DNA of 64,000 nt, taken from assembly GCA_951406725.2 (NCBI GenBank), contig OX597831.1, forward strand, positions 56,110,001 to 56,174,000, given 5' to 3'. Position 1 is the first letter of the stretch. Every line of letters starts with the position of its first letter. The notes beneath the pieces are model-generated. The model saw only the letters and a program-made list of their open reading frames with translations, did not search any database and was not told the origin of the DNA. Made by a program: the position numbers and the translations under genes. Below are positions 51,052 through 64,000 of this stretch, piece after piece. This DNA is from Octopus vulgaris. Its lineage: Eukaryota.

Positions 51052-53856
51052 AAAAAATTCTCATGATGTTATTGCATTTAGCACTGAGAGGTTATCTGGG
51101 GGACCAAATATTTGATTTAATCGCTTTTTGTATGTTTGAAATTAACCAACAATAACACACACACACAATCACTCTCTCTCTCTCTCTCTCTCTCTAATGA
51201 AACTGAATTAAATAGAAGTGTATTTTGTTCTGATGTAGAACGTTTCTTGAGAGATATGCACAGACATATATTTTATACTGTTCAATAATTTTAAAATTTC
51301 CATTTAATTATAGTTCTAATTATTTATTGGCATATTTTTATACTTTCATCATTTTCATGGTCACACTAATTTCATCCAAAATTGTTTAACCCTCCAAAGA
51401 GTTATAACTTGTTAATGAATGGTGGCTTGGGGGAATCATTCAACTTAGTTACTTGTTCATGAATAAAGTCTTAATTGTGATACTTTTTTCTTCAGTTTAC
51501 TTATATTTTTTTTTCTTCATATCACTTACTATAAAATATGGTAGACATCAATGACTACACCTAGTTTAGTTCTTTTTATAGATCTACTTCAGAGAATGGT
51601 GCTAGGCATTTAAAATCTTAGAAATAACCCAACATAATATTTATACCATAATTCAGTCCAGTGGGAAATTCATTGCATACTCTGTTGTCCAGTGTAAAGA
51701 ATCCTATGTGGACGTGTTCCATCCATTTTATTGCTTAACTTGACTAAGTATGTCCTGGGATTTAGGTGGTTATTGCAGCAGAGATGATCAAAAGGAATAC
51801 ACTAGACGTGTTATTGTCCGTATTATTCAATATTTATAAAACAATAGTACTGGTGGCATGCAAAAAGCACCTTTGCCACTATGCAAAGTGGTTGACATTA
51901 GTAAGGGCATCTAGCCATTAAAACCATGCCAAAACAGACCTTGCCAGTGCTGGTGTCATGTAAAAAGCACTCGTTCCACTCTTGTTAAGTGGTTGGTATT
52001 GGAAAGGGCATCCAGCTTTAAAAACCATGCCAAAACAGAGAGTGAAGCCTGGTGCCGTCTTCTGGCTTGCCAGCATGCAAAACAGACATTAAATGATGAT
52101 GAATAGCAACAAAAGCAGTATTAATACTAACAGGTAATAATGTGGGTGTTTTATTGTCGACAAACGATAACCATCGGCTACAGTTGCCACACCGTCAATG
52201 ATATAAACACAAGTGATTTTATGCACCATGAGTCCATGTGAGAGATCCTCTCATGGTAAGCAACATGGTATTTTGTGTTCTAACACAATACTTACATTAT
52301 GTGGGAGATAAGCATTACCTTTCAGTATTTATTGTTGAAGATAAGAGGGTGAGATGGTAAAATGCCTAGCAGCATTTCATTCATTTTTTCATCCTATGTT
52401 CAAATTCTGCCACGGTCAACTTTGCCTTTCATCCTTTCGGGGTAAATAAAGTAAGTACCAGTTAATCACTGGGATTGTTGTAATCAACTATTCTCCTCTC
52501 CAGAATTGCTGGCCTTGTGCCAAAATTTGAAACCAACATTGTTGAAAATTAACAGTTCAGCTTAAAATTTTAAGCCAGAAAAGAAAACAAATATTACAAC
52601 TGTGATGTCTCATTCACCATGCAACCATAAGTTTATGATTGTTGCTTCTGACTTTATCCGTGTACATTCTAACAATAAATAGTTTGTTGTATCAAATACA
52701 ATCAAGTTCATACCCCATGTGTATCTAATCTTATCAGAAATCGTGTGCTATTGTCCTAAAGTTTGTTTCCTTTAGACTTTCTAACTTGGAAAGCAATGCA
52801 CTTCATCTTAGTAACAAGAAATCATCCCAACATTTGGTCATAAATAAGGCTCAGTCTTTGGATAACATCAATAATTCATGAAAATAATCCACTCTGTTTT
52901 TGAAATGCCTACAGATTGTCTTTCATACTAGTTTCTGAAAGCTACACTTTTTACTTTGCTCTTTTGTTTGCCAGTTCAAAATTTTACTAACTTATCTTCA
53001 TCTAGTCTCATTTCATTCAATTCTTTAGTGATATACATTTTCACGTTTTATCATCATTGTTTTGACATCTGTTTTTCTCTGCTGTCATAATGGAATGGAG
53101 TTGCAGACATGTTAACGATTGGTTAAGTGGACTTCCTTGCTTCTTTGAGATCAACTGTCCAATAAGGCTATTGTTCACAAAAGTATGCAAAAAAAAAAAA
53201 TTCAGTTCTGAGTTATCTCTACTTTGACACTTGAAGTCTTGTACTGTAAATAACAACAATTGTCATCGTATCCTAAGTTGCACATTTAAATAATGTCATT
53301 GTTTGGGAGGCTGAAAAAAAGTTTAGCCTCATTTTTAGAAAGAATTGACTGTTGAAAGACTTCTTGTTTACACCATATACATTTGTATTTTTGTTCAGTG
53401 AATTTTTTCATGTTCTTTTTTCTTTCTTAATTCAGTTTTTGAGTATCAAAAAGTGAATGTGGAGGCACATGGCTTAGTGGTTAGGGTGTTAGACTCATGA
53501 CTGTAAGATTGTAGTTTTGATTCCAGGACCAGGCAATGCATTGTGTCCGTGAGCTAATCCACTCAGCTAGCAAGAATAAGTAATATGGTGAAGTTGCAAC
53601 AGGCCTGGCAAGCCAGCAATGGATAGTGGATCTGCCTAAAAACAAATAGAAGGTAACTTCTGGACTGGCAGGCCATAGGCCTATCATGGTGTTGGATATT
53701 ACCTTTCACCAAAAATTGAATCATGGTAGATACTACCTTAAATAGTGAGTTAGAATTCAGTGATATCATTAATTATTTAATTAGGGAAAGAGAGCTTGGA
53801 CTTGGAAGAAGATAATCAGTAATGTTTCAACTGTTCTGACTGGAATTTATATGTAG

Positions 53857-54220
53857 ACTAGCACTATGACCCGGCGTTGCCGTGTCATAGTGCTAGTGCA
53901 TGCATATACAGCTGCGTGCGCACATACACACGAGTACTGTCCAAATCTCCGACCAATCACATACAGCTAGCTGGCATTCAATTGGCATATCAAGTTTTGA
54001 GCATTTTGATTGGGTTTTGGATAGAAAATTCACAAAAAAGTCACTTCTATTGATTTTTTAATGGCTTTGCGGGGTGACTGGGGAAATGTAAAGATGTGCA
54101 CGACCACCCTTGGACGGTTTTGAATGACCATAGAAAGTGCGAGCCCTCTAACTGAAAAATTGTGGATTTGTATAAAGGACACACACACACACACAGACAT
54201 TTTGCCGTTTATATAGAGAT
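53857..54220 (+). mobile_element. Non-autonomous Helitron-like element (ACTAG hairpin end, (CA)n-GACATTTTGCC-TTTATATAGAGAT end)
   Basis: Perfect 14-bp stem ACTAGCACTATGAC/GTCATAGTGCTAGT at 53857-53897. The same ends occur at 38767-39069, with a partial copy at ~39330-39492. No TSD seen. Confidence 0.65.
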
Positions 54221-55565
54221 TCATTGAGCAGTGATGACAAACTTGATCCTGAATAGGGGAGTGCTGGAGTGATAACATAGTTATTGCATTGATGCTTTCA
54301 TGAGTAATGTGGACCCTTCAAAACCTTTAAACTTAGTAGCAAAACCTATTAAGTATTTTCTTCAACTTTTACCTGAAGAAATGTTTGTCAGAATGAACAA
54401 TGAAACCATGAGATATATGTATCAACAAGGCATGGTCACCTTCATTGTATGAATGAAGATGATGATAGCATATCTTAGAATGCGTTTTCTGATGGGAGAT
54501 GTGCAGCCTCCAGAGATTATTGGTTCATAACAAGTTCAGTTCTGTAAAGTGGTTGGCATTAGGAAGGGTATCCAACCATAGAAGCCAAGCCAAATCAGAC
54601 TGGTACCTAGTGCAGCTCTCCTGCTTGCCAGCTCTGGTCAAACCATGCAACCCATGCCAGCATGGAAAATGGATGATGAATCAATATCTTGTAAATATAT
54701 GTGAACACACTACTTGTAATCAATTTATCTGGGCAGGTGACAATGATATGACAATAGGTAAAAATGAAGTTCACAATGCACACCTACAATTTATTACATC
54801 CTGTCGCTAAGTTTCATCTAGATTGATGCAGTTGTTATATTTTTATGAATTTTATACTGGAATAACTGCATTATCATCAAAATTTCTAGTTTTTAATACA
54901 AGATTAGCAAATTTACATAATGAAAGCACTCCAGGAATTTAGGAGTTACTGTTATCAAAGCTGACCTCATCACTTTTGAATTCTTCCACCCTGATTTCCT
55001 CCTTTGTCAATTTCACAACAGTGTTTTTAATGGAATATATTCAACACACTCGTATACTTTAATCAAAATTTTTGATGTTCAACCATCTTATTTGTTTTCA
55101 GCTTTTTTTTTTTGTATTCAAAACTGTCTGTTGAATAAACCAAACTGGACTCATTTCTCTCCAGTAGTTACAGATATTCTCTTTTTCTGCCATATCATAT
55201 CTCATTGTGTTCCTCAAACTTGCACATTGCTAACCATTTTTTTCACATGTTGTATATTTGAGAATGGATTGACTGGGTGTGTCTATCCATTTCCAAACAA
55301 ACACAATCCAGATGATAGGTAGTTTCTGAAAGTTTGAGTGAGATGATAAGGTATAGCAGAGGCACCAATTCTCTGTAGTCCTTCCTTTCCATTCTTAGCT
55401 TAGCTATTACTCTATTTTCACTACATATTTTTTCATTACATTTCTGTAATAATTTCGTAACATTTTGAATTTCCTATTGCCTCTAAGTAACTTCATCAAG
55501 ATTTTACCTTTTTTTATTCTATATATGTAATTTCTTTTGTCTTTATAATTACCCTCGTAATTATA

Positions 55566-55616
<51 letters not shown>
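55566..55616. repeat. (TAA)n microsatellite
   Basis: Directly visible. Confidence 0.97.
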
Positions 55617-56039
55617 TGTGTACAGTGCTCAGGTGCACTACAACTCATCTAATACTTGATAATTCTCCTGATTTGCATAAACTGTATATCATGTAGATGT
55701 TGTGTACTGGGGAATAAATAGACTGGAATAGTTCCTGATAAGCAATAAGTTTTAAGTACTTCAGAAGAAACAAAATGAAAATTGTGATATTTGTGTCTTT
55801 CCTGGTGTTGGTGAAACAAAATTAAACTAGTTGAGAATCAAAATCAAATCGTAATAACTTCTTTAAAACTTAAAACAAATTCTGTAGCACAGTGAAATAC
55901 TACCAGGTATAACACATGCATTGTTTCATCATTATTCTTTAATCATTGCTGTAAAATTTGTTCATCATTTTAACTGTTTCAACTAACAAAAATCATATAA
56001 ATACATACAAGAACATGAAATAATATTTTCATCATCTAA

Positions 56040-56225
56040 GGCAGCAAGCTGGCAGAAGCGTTAGCAATCCAGACAAAGTACTTAGCGGTATTTCACCCGT
56101 CGCTACGTTCTGAGTTCAAATTCCACCGAGGTCAACTTTGCCTTTCATCCTTTCAGGGTCGATAAATTAAGTGCCAGTTGCGTACTGGAGTTGATCAAAT
56201 TGACTGGCCCCCTCCCCCAGAGTAG
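56040..56225 (+). mobile_element. tRNA-derived SINE, family C (central GCCTTTCATCCTTTC-GGGGTCGATAAA domain, MetaSINE-like)
   Basis: A/B-box-like head (GCTGGCAGAAGCG...GAGTTCAAATTCC) plus a conserved central domain. Other copies at 52355-52535 (+) and ~16300-16450 (-). Confidence 0.7.
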
Positions 56226-59199
56226 AAAAGAACATTTTCATCTTCTGATAAAAGAAGGTTGTTGACTTTTTTTTTTTTTTTTCACAGATGCAATAAGTGT
56301 GTAAAATTAATGTGTGATATATTTAGCAATATCTAGTTACTGGAAAATCAGAAATTAATATATAATTTAAACTAATGCACAGAGAGACTAAGTGGCTAAG
56401 TTATGAGGTTATCATATCTTGAGTGATGACTACATATTTACTGCAAGTGTTTCATTGTCATTAAGGAATTAATATATTACTGCACATGTTGTACATTAAA
56501 TAAGACTTTTATACACACATACATTATTATACATACATAATAGTAAGTAGTAAAGACTCCCTTTGGTCACAAATGACCTTGGGATTGCACCTAGAAAGTT
56601 CCCCTCTTTGGCACAAGTCCAGGCAAGGTTGTTTGTAGGAGACCAGCAGTCGCCCATGCATGCCAGTCTCCCCTCTCCATGCCACTAATGTTACCCAGTG
56701 TGAAATAAAGTCTCCTGCTCAAGAACAGCACACAGCCTAGTCTGGGAATCAAACTCACAGCCTCACAATTTTAACCCAACACTAACCACTGAGCCATGCA
56801 CTTTCCATAATACATACATATATGTGTATATATATGTGTGTGTGTGTGTGTAAATGTTTGTTTTTATGTTCAGTTATAATAAAAACAAGTTTATATTAAT
56901 CTGAAGAATTACTCCATACTTTTGTAGAGTACAAATTTATTATTCTTTAGCAAGTGACTTTGAACTTTTACTCAGCTAAGCCAATATTGGATTGTCATAC
57001 ATATATGTATTTTCTCTTAAATATTTTTAACTACATCACAGACTACCTCCAACTTCCATTAATAACACACCTATATTCCATCCTATACATTCAACAAAGG
57101 TCTTGATAATAAAATAATCAGAACATGTGATGTTAAAATCAGTGTAGATGTGAACAAAACCAAATGTATCTCAAGATCCATTGATAATATTTTATTAATC
57201 TCTTGAGAAGAAAACCTCATTCAGGGTCTCCTTAACCCTTTCGTTACTATATTTCTGACCAAAATACACCCCTTATGTGTTTCAATTAATTTCTAACATA
57301 ATCATAAATTTAGTCTGGTTTCATTAAACAACTATAACTTTTTTATTTATCAATATATTAATGTGATTTTTGGAAGATAATTTAATGAAATGTTCTCAAC
57401 CAATTCTATACTATAATTTTTGTCACAAAGTGACTCTAATTGCAGGTAGATACAGGTAAATTCAACAAAATATAAAATTAAAATTTTTGTTCAAACATCA
57501 TGTATATCCTTTATCTTATACTTGTTTCAGTCATTAGACTGCAGCTATGCTGGGACACTGCCCTAAAGAATTTTTAGTTGAATGTATTGACCCCAGTATT
57601 TTTTTCGTTTTTTAAACTTGGTACTTTATTCTATTGGTTTGTTGCCAAACCACTAAGTTACGGGGATGTAAACACACCAACTCCAGATGTCAAGTGGTTG
57701 TGGAGGATGAACAAATACACACAGCAGGCTTCTTTCAGTCTCTGTCTATCAAATCGATTCACAAGGCTTAGGTCAGCCTGAAGCTATAGTAGAAGACACT
57801 TGCCACAATGTGGGATTGAACCCTGATCCATGTGGTTGGGAAGCAAGCTTCTTACCACATACACGCACACATGTATGTATATGCATGTGTGTGTGTGTGT
57901 ATATATTTGAACACTATGAAAATTGCTCACTATGAGTGGTGTTATTGGTGTCACTTCTTATATCAAAATATTGCCCACTTGTTTTGTGCCTTCAGTGATG
58001 TGTGAACCAAGCAATCCTTTGCTTGAAAAACAGGTAATGGTTAGCAACAAGAAGAGCATCTGGCTGTAAAACAATGCCTCAGTAATATATTAGTGTAATC
58101 CATGCTTGCATGGAGTAATAGACATAAAAGAAACAAACTACATGAAGGAGTTTACTTTGCAACTACATGGTTTCAGACTCAGTTTCGTGCACAAAGCCTT
58201 ATTAATGAATTTGGCAAAAAGGAAGAGAAAGAAGCCCATTGTGTGTGTTTGTGTCTCCTTCATTTGATATTGTGCACTAATTGTAAACAAACGTCCCCAC
58301 CATACAAGTGGTATAGTTAGTAATCCTCCATATGTTTGGCCATCATACTACTTGTGTTTGAAAGACTAAAGGAAACTGGTTAGCAACGAGGACAACCAGC
58401 TGTAGAAAATCTGCCTCAACCAATTTCATTTGACCCTTGCAAGCATTCAGAAGTAGACACTTGGCACAGGTATGGCTGTGTGGTAAGAAGCATACTTCCC
58501 AACCACATGGTTCCAGGTTCAGTCCCACTGCATGACATTTTGGGCATGTGTCTTGTACTATAGCCTTATACTATAGTCTTGTGCATGGATTTGATAGACA
58601 GAAACAGGAAGAAGCCCGTCATATATATATATTTATATATATCCGTGTGTTTTGTGTCAACCAGTGTTAGTGTGTTTACATCCCCTGTAACTTAGCAGTT
58701 CAACAAAAGAGACTGATAGAATAAGTACCAGTCTTAAAATATGTACTGGAGTTGATTCATTCAACTAAGAATTCTTCAAGGTGGTGCCCCAGCATGACCG
58801 TGGTCTTATGACTGAAACAAGATTACAATGAAGATGATTATATAATGTGTAGTCCCTTATCTCTTTCATGAGATTCAATATCCTGAGATCAGCCTTTACC
58901 ACTTCTCACATCTTCCTTAGTTTTCTCATCTTCTTGACTCATCTGTCATCCTTTATATGCATCATATGTATGTACTTGTACAGTGTTTTCGGTTACACAC
59001 TATCATTTTTCTTTAACCCTTTAGTGTTTAGTCCAGCCATATCTGGCCTAAATATTCTACCTGTTTTATGTTAAAATTGACCAGACCCAACCTCTCACAC
59101 CTGCCCATCAATGTCATTCTAAAAACATGCAAACACACCATTGAAATCTTGAAGCTACAAGATAAACCATGGCTAACTCAAAAACAATGTGACTAAATA

Positions 59200-59601
59200 G
59201 GCGCAGGAGTGGCTGTGTGGTAAGTAGCTTGTTTACCAACCACATGGTTCCCGGGTTCAGTCCCACTGCGTGGCACCTTGGGCAAGTGTCTTCCACTATA
59301 GCCTCGGGCCGACCAAAGCCTTGTGAGTGGATTTGATAGACGGAAACTGAAAGAAGCCCGTTGTATATATGTATATATATATGTGTGTGCGTGTATGTTT
59401 GTATGTCTGTGTTTGTCCCCCCAACATCGCTTGACAACCGATGCTGGTTTTGTTTACGTCGCCGTCACTTAGCGGTTCGGCAAAAGAGACCGATAGAATA
59501 AGTACTGGGCTTACAAAGAATAAGTCCCAGGGGTCGAGTTGCTCAATTAAAGGCGGTGCTCCAGCATGGCCACAGTCAAATGACTGAAACAAGTAAAAGA
59601 G
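59200..59601 (+). mobile_element. SINE family A, young copy inserted in a piggyBac-like MITE
   Basis: Full-length and CpG-intact. Flanked by TAAATA at 59194-59199 and 59602-59607. Confidence 0.9.
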
Positions 59602-60060
59602 TAAATAAGCAATTCATTTGACAAAGAAATTTAAAGGATTAATGTTCATTTTTGTCTCACCCCTTGTTAAAGCTGTTTTTTATGCATGCTGATATAACAT
59701 ATCCAACATAGTGTGCTCATTGCACATCCTCTGCATTCAGTATTCATCTCTTTCTACAATGCAGCATTGCACTTTGTACACAGTGTCCTATATTCAATTC
59801 TTTACTGAAAGATAAACACCAACAAGTATTATGTTTCCATGGATATTTTCTGCTCTGGCTAGTATACTTTTGCAATACCCACCTCTGTAGACGTATCAAG
59901 CTATCCAGTTGAGTTAGAGTATAAACAGGAAGAGTTTGAGGGAGATGAAATAAGAATTGTATCAATATTATTTTGATCACTTCAAAAGTGATCATAATAA
60001 TATCGATCTTTCTAGGAAGTATTGCTCAGTGTATTTATTTTAGACAAAATTATTTTCACT

Positions 60061-60155
60061 CTGTGGCATCTTGGGCAAGTGTCTTCTGCTATAGCCCCGG
60101 GCCAACCAATGCCTTGTGAGTGGATTTGGTAGACGGAAACTGAAAGAAGCCTGTC

Positions 60156-60197
<42 letters not shown>

Positions 60198-60400
60198 TTG
60201 TGTGTCTGTGTTTGTCCCCCTAGCATTGCTTGACAACCGATGCTGGTGTGTTTACGTCCCCGTCACTTAGCGGTTCAGCAAAAGAGACTGATAGAATAAG
60301 TACTGGGCTTACAAAGAATAAGTCCCAGGGTCGATTTGCTCGACTAAAGGCGGTGCTCCAGCATGGCCGCTGTCAAATGACTGAAACAAGTAAAAGAGTA
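60061..60400 (+). mobile_element. SINE family A, 5'-truncated
   Basis: Matches the body and tail of family A. Confidence 0.88.
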
Positions 60401-62139
60401 AATGTTTACAAACACAGTATACATTATCATCATCATCATCATTTAATGTCCATTTTCCATGGTTAAATAGCTTGGCAAAGCCAGGGGCCCCACCAGGTTC
60501 CATAGTTTGTTTTGGTTTGGTTTCTACAGCTGGATGCCCTTCCTAACTCCAACAACTCCACAGTGTACTGGGTGCTTTTTACATGGCACCTTGGTTTTAG
60601 GATTTCATTTCTGTTGTGGTGGGCAGGTAAGGTTCCGCATTTTGAGATCGGCCTCCAATACTTCATTCCATGTCTTTCTGGGTCTTCCTCTTTCACAACT
60701 TCGCTTCACTATACAGTTAATTATTTACATATAACGTTAAATTTTAATTGTATTTTTTTCAAAATGTTCCCTATTGCTTTATCATAATGGTCAGATCCTG
60801 TTTTGTAGTTATGATACTGTGCATTTATTATATTCAGCTAGATACCCCTTATCACACTCCATTCTCTCAGAAAAGGAAAGAATACATTAGATAATGTAGT
60901 TCTGTGTCTGAGAGAGAGAAAAAATACAAATTAAGACGGTTATGGGTAGAATGCCTTTGATTATGTATCTTTTTGATGAGAATTGATCTTAGGCTAAACA
61001 ATAGCAACATCATATTGTAAGAGGCTATTTCTGCCAGTGAGCTACACATTACCATTTACAGTTATGTAAATATTTGGGTCAGGTATTTTGATAATTAAAT
61101 ATCTTTACCAGTGACCAGTTGATGTTTAGCCCCAGGTCAACCCTTACCCAGCAGACCTATCTATGATAAAAGACATTCCAGGTATGACCATCCCTTTTGT
61201 GTGGATTATCTTTTATCGTTAATCTCTCAATTGCTCCAGTCATTGTACTGTGGCCATGTTGGGGCACCACCTTGAAGAATTCTTAGTCAAATGAATCAAC
61301 CCCAATCCTTTTTTTTCAAGCTTGGTATTTATTCTATTGGTTTCTTTTGCTAAACTGCTAGGGTACAGGGATATAAACACACCAACACTGGTTGTCAAGC
61401 AGTGGTATGAGAACATAGACACAAAGATACACACATATAGATATGTATACAATGGGCTGCATTCTTATTTAATAAATTAGAGTATGATTTGAGGAAGACT
61501 TGATTGCCTTTTCTAGCAAGTTATTCTAATAGTATATTGAGTTAGAAACAAGCTTTAAAAAATAAAAACACAAAACTGTTAAATTTGACACATTTAGAGT
61601 TTCATTAGAATATCCTGCCTTCAGACAAAACAAGCACCAGTTTGTATCTGAGCTTCATAATTTAGATCAGGTTTTAATGAACCTTTCTTTGATAAGTGGG
61701 CAGAGAAAACAAACATTGCGACATCTTTATAGTAGTCTCATTGAGGACTTGACAATCTCCCTGGTGCTGGTACCAAAATATGATATATCCAGGACACTGT
61801 AAAGATGTAGGTGACAAAGGGCATCTAGCTATAGAAACATATGAGCACCAGTCTATGAAGGCAGTGGCTCCCATTAAGAACTGACTTAGATTGGGATGAC
61901 TTATCCAACCCATGCCATGGAGTTATATTTCAAAATAAAAGTAAACTTTATTGTATGATTGGTCTTCTTAGTATTTAGAGTAACTCTCTCTTTCCCTCCT
62001 CTCTCTCTCTCTCTCTCACATACACACACACCTTGATCTTAATGATGAAAAGGTGATAGAAAATTAAATCATTAATGACCAATTCTTTCTCAAATATTGG
62101 GTTTATTTAAACCATATTTGTTGTTTTTATGTTGCAGAG

Positions 62140-62158
62140 ACACATACACACACACACA

Positions 62159-62201
<43 letters not shown>

Positions 62202-62218
62202 TCTCTCTCTCTCTCTCC
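62140..62218. repeat. (CA)n(CT)n compound microsatellite
   Basis: Directly visible. Confidence 0.97.
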
Positions 62219-62999
62219 CCCTATCTCCTCCCTCTTTCAAAGCATAAGATACTGCAAGTCTCTGACAGGGTTTCTTTGAAACCTTGTAATCAGAGAGAGA
62301 ACATATTTTAGGTTGATTAATTAATTAGTACATCTTCACATGTCACTTAATTTTACTCTGCTCCATTTAATCTGGGTGAAAAACAGGTGAGATTACTGTC
62401 CAAAAGAGCACATGGAGCTGTTGATACCTCCTGCTTCTATATCTATTAACACCTGTGCCCACCAGTCATTGTATTCCCCTCTGTCACCATCTCCATCTAC
62501 CACTTTTCTTTCACACGCTTGCAAACTTACATTCCCACTCACCCTCTTCAATCCTCTGTACCACTTATATTCTTCTTCCTGTATCTTGAAAGTACACTCT
62601 GACACATCTTCAATACCTTTTTCTCTCTTTCTCAACTGAAGTTGCCATGTAACCTCTCGTCACCTGGCTTAATGCCACATCCACCTCACCTCAGTTGAGG
62701 AGTTTTGTCTTGTGAGTTGCTTGGTGACTTCACTGGTGATGGTGCCACTTAAAAGCACCCAGTACACTCTGTAAAGTGGTTGGCATTAGGAAGGTCATCC
62801 AACTGTAGAAATCATGCCAAAACAGATGATTGAGCTTAGCACAATCTTCTAGTTCATCAGTTCCTGTCTAACCTATGCCAGTATGGAAAATGAACATTAC
62901 ACAATGATGATGGTGGTAGTGGTGACGGTGTTGTTAAATATAAGATTGATTGTAACTTAGACCTAAAATATTTCATGACACTGACCAATAGAACTAATG

Positions 63000-63255
63000 G
63001 AATAGGATATTCGTTGTGTCCAGCAGATTGGAGTCAGGCATTAATGGCACTGATTGTCTCGATCAATTTCAGTGTTGACATAGCTGAATCTGTTTGTGAG
63101 AGTTGTTTCTTCACTTAATATTATCAAGAGCTTAATGGTGTGTCCACAAGATTCTACCCTATCACCCATCTTCTTCAGTCTATACATGCACAACCTCGTT
63201 ACTGTTTTGTACACTATGCATGTAACAGCTTATACTGATGACACTACGGTTACAT
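63000..63255 (+). mobile_element. LINE RT remnant
   Basis: PQDSTLSPIFFSLYMHNL...AYTDDTT resembles the GVPQGSxLSP / YADD motifs. Confidence 0.6.
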
Positions 63256-63302
63256 AGTCCTTACAGTTTACATCTCCATAATAACAAATTAACAGCAATA
63301 TT

Positions 63303-63468
63303 TAATAAATAGAGAATACCAAACGAGTTCCCTATGGATACCGTATTTATTACAACGAGTGGCTTGCAAACGTATCTAACAAGCGAAAGCGAGTTAGATA
63401 CGTTTACAAGCCACGAGTTGTAATAAATACGGTATCCATAGGGAATGAGTTTGGTATTTTATTTATTA
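63303..63468. repeat. ~165-nt near-perfect palindrome, probably part of a non-autonomous DNA element extending to ~63672
   Basis: Arms AATACCAAACGAGTTCCCTATGGATACCGTATTTATTACAACGAGTGGCTTGCAAACGTATCTAAC and its complement surround GCGAAAGC. Confidence 0.9.
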
Positions 63469-64000
63469 CACACAAATAAACGACCATATTTTATTAACCC
63501 AATAACTAAATTCTTCACGTTTAGTTGTAACTTATGAATGACAAAAGTAGTGCCCTCACCGTGACCTCGGGTCATCACTATGAATTGACCAATCAGTAGC
63601 AGCGCTCGCAATATCTGACATATGTCAGATACCAAAAATATCTCAAAGTATTCTCACTCACATGTGTGTAATAATGATCTGTTACAGTAGCAAACATGCA
63701 TCATCTTACACTCTGTGATACACTCAACAAAATTAATATCATTGCACTCACACACAATTCTGAAGCATCACATTTAATAATCTCAAAGATTTTCTCACAG
63801 CAGTCACCTTATTATCCAAAAGATGGAAGAATGGTACATTAGAGAAAGTAGTCCCAGATACTTCTAATAAGACAGGCTAGTTAGGGTTGGAATGCCTTTG
63901 ATCATAGGTCTTTTTGATTAAGATTGCACTGTAGCTGAAGAACAACATAGAGGACAACCAAAACCCACTTCAAACATTCAGTGGTCCAGCTGTGCCAAGC

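Noticed and set aside
56288-56304. Next HBS1L exon after a strong T-tract/CACAG acceptor
   Set aside because: The phase-1 frame stops after five codons (DAISV*) and shows no HBS1L similarity.
51100-64000. HBS1L GTPase-domain exons
   Set aside because: I found no GHVDAGKST, DAPGH or NKxD-coding segments. Short linker exons could have been missed by eye.

Overview
AT-rich, repeat-dense eukaryotic DNA, most likely an octopus (coleoid cephalopod) genome, judged from the SINE families, microsatellite load and transposon mix. The only host protein gene I can build is the 5' half of HBS1L on the + strand. Five small coding exons (28649-28691, 36440-36517, 40091-40240, 42307-42441, 44131-44178), all followed by phase-1 GT-AG introns, encode [46 protein letters not shown]... 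and the HBS1 N-terminal domain. They are followed by a large in-frame terminal exon (about 49.1 kb to 50892) with its own stop and AATAAA. This exon ends in ITPFDFSTPSPDDVVKTRQKQAY, the hallmark of the SKI7-like, exosome-recruiting short isoform (human HBS1LV3). No GTPase exons were found, so they presumably lie beyond 64 kb. Upstream of this exon is a distant-branch-point-like arrangement: CTAAC, a long pyrimidine tract, then about 175 nt with no AG. The rest of the window is mostly mobile DNA: several tRNA-derived SINE families, RTE, Tx1-like and CR1-like LINE fragments, Penelope remnants with hammerhead-like cores, a Gypsy fragment, Tc1/mariner, hAT, piggyBac-like and Helitron-like elements, and a 165-nt palindrome with tandem G.A mismatches. 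A CpG-retaining zone at about 13-15.7 kb may hold the promoter and non-coding first exon of a minus-strand gene. All calls were made by eye with no database search, and repeat boundaries are approximate.
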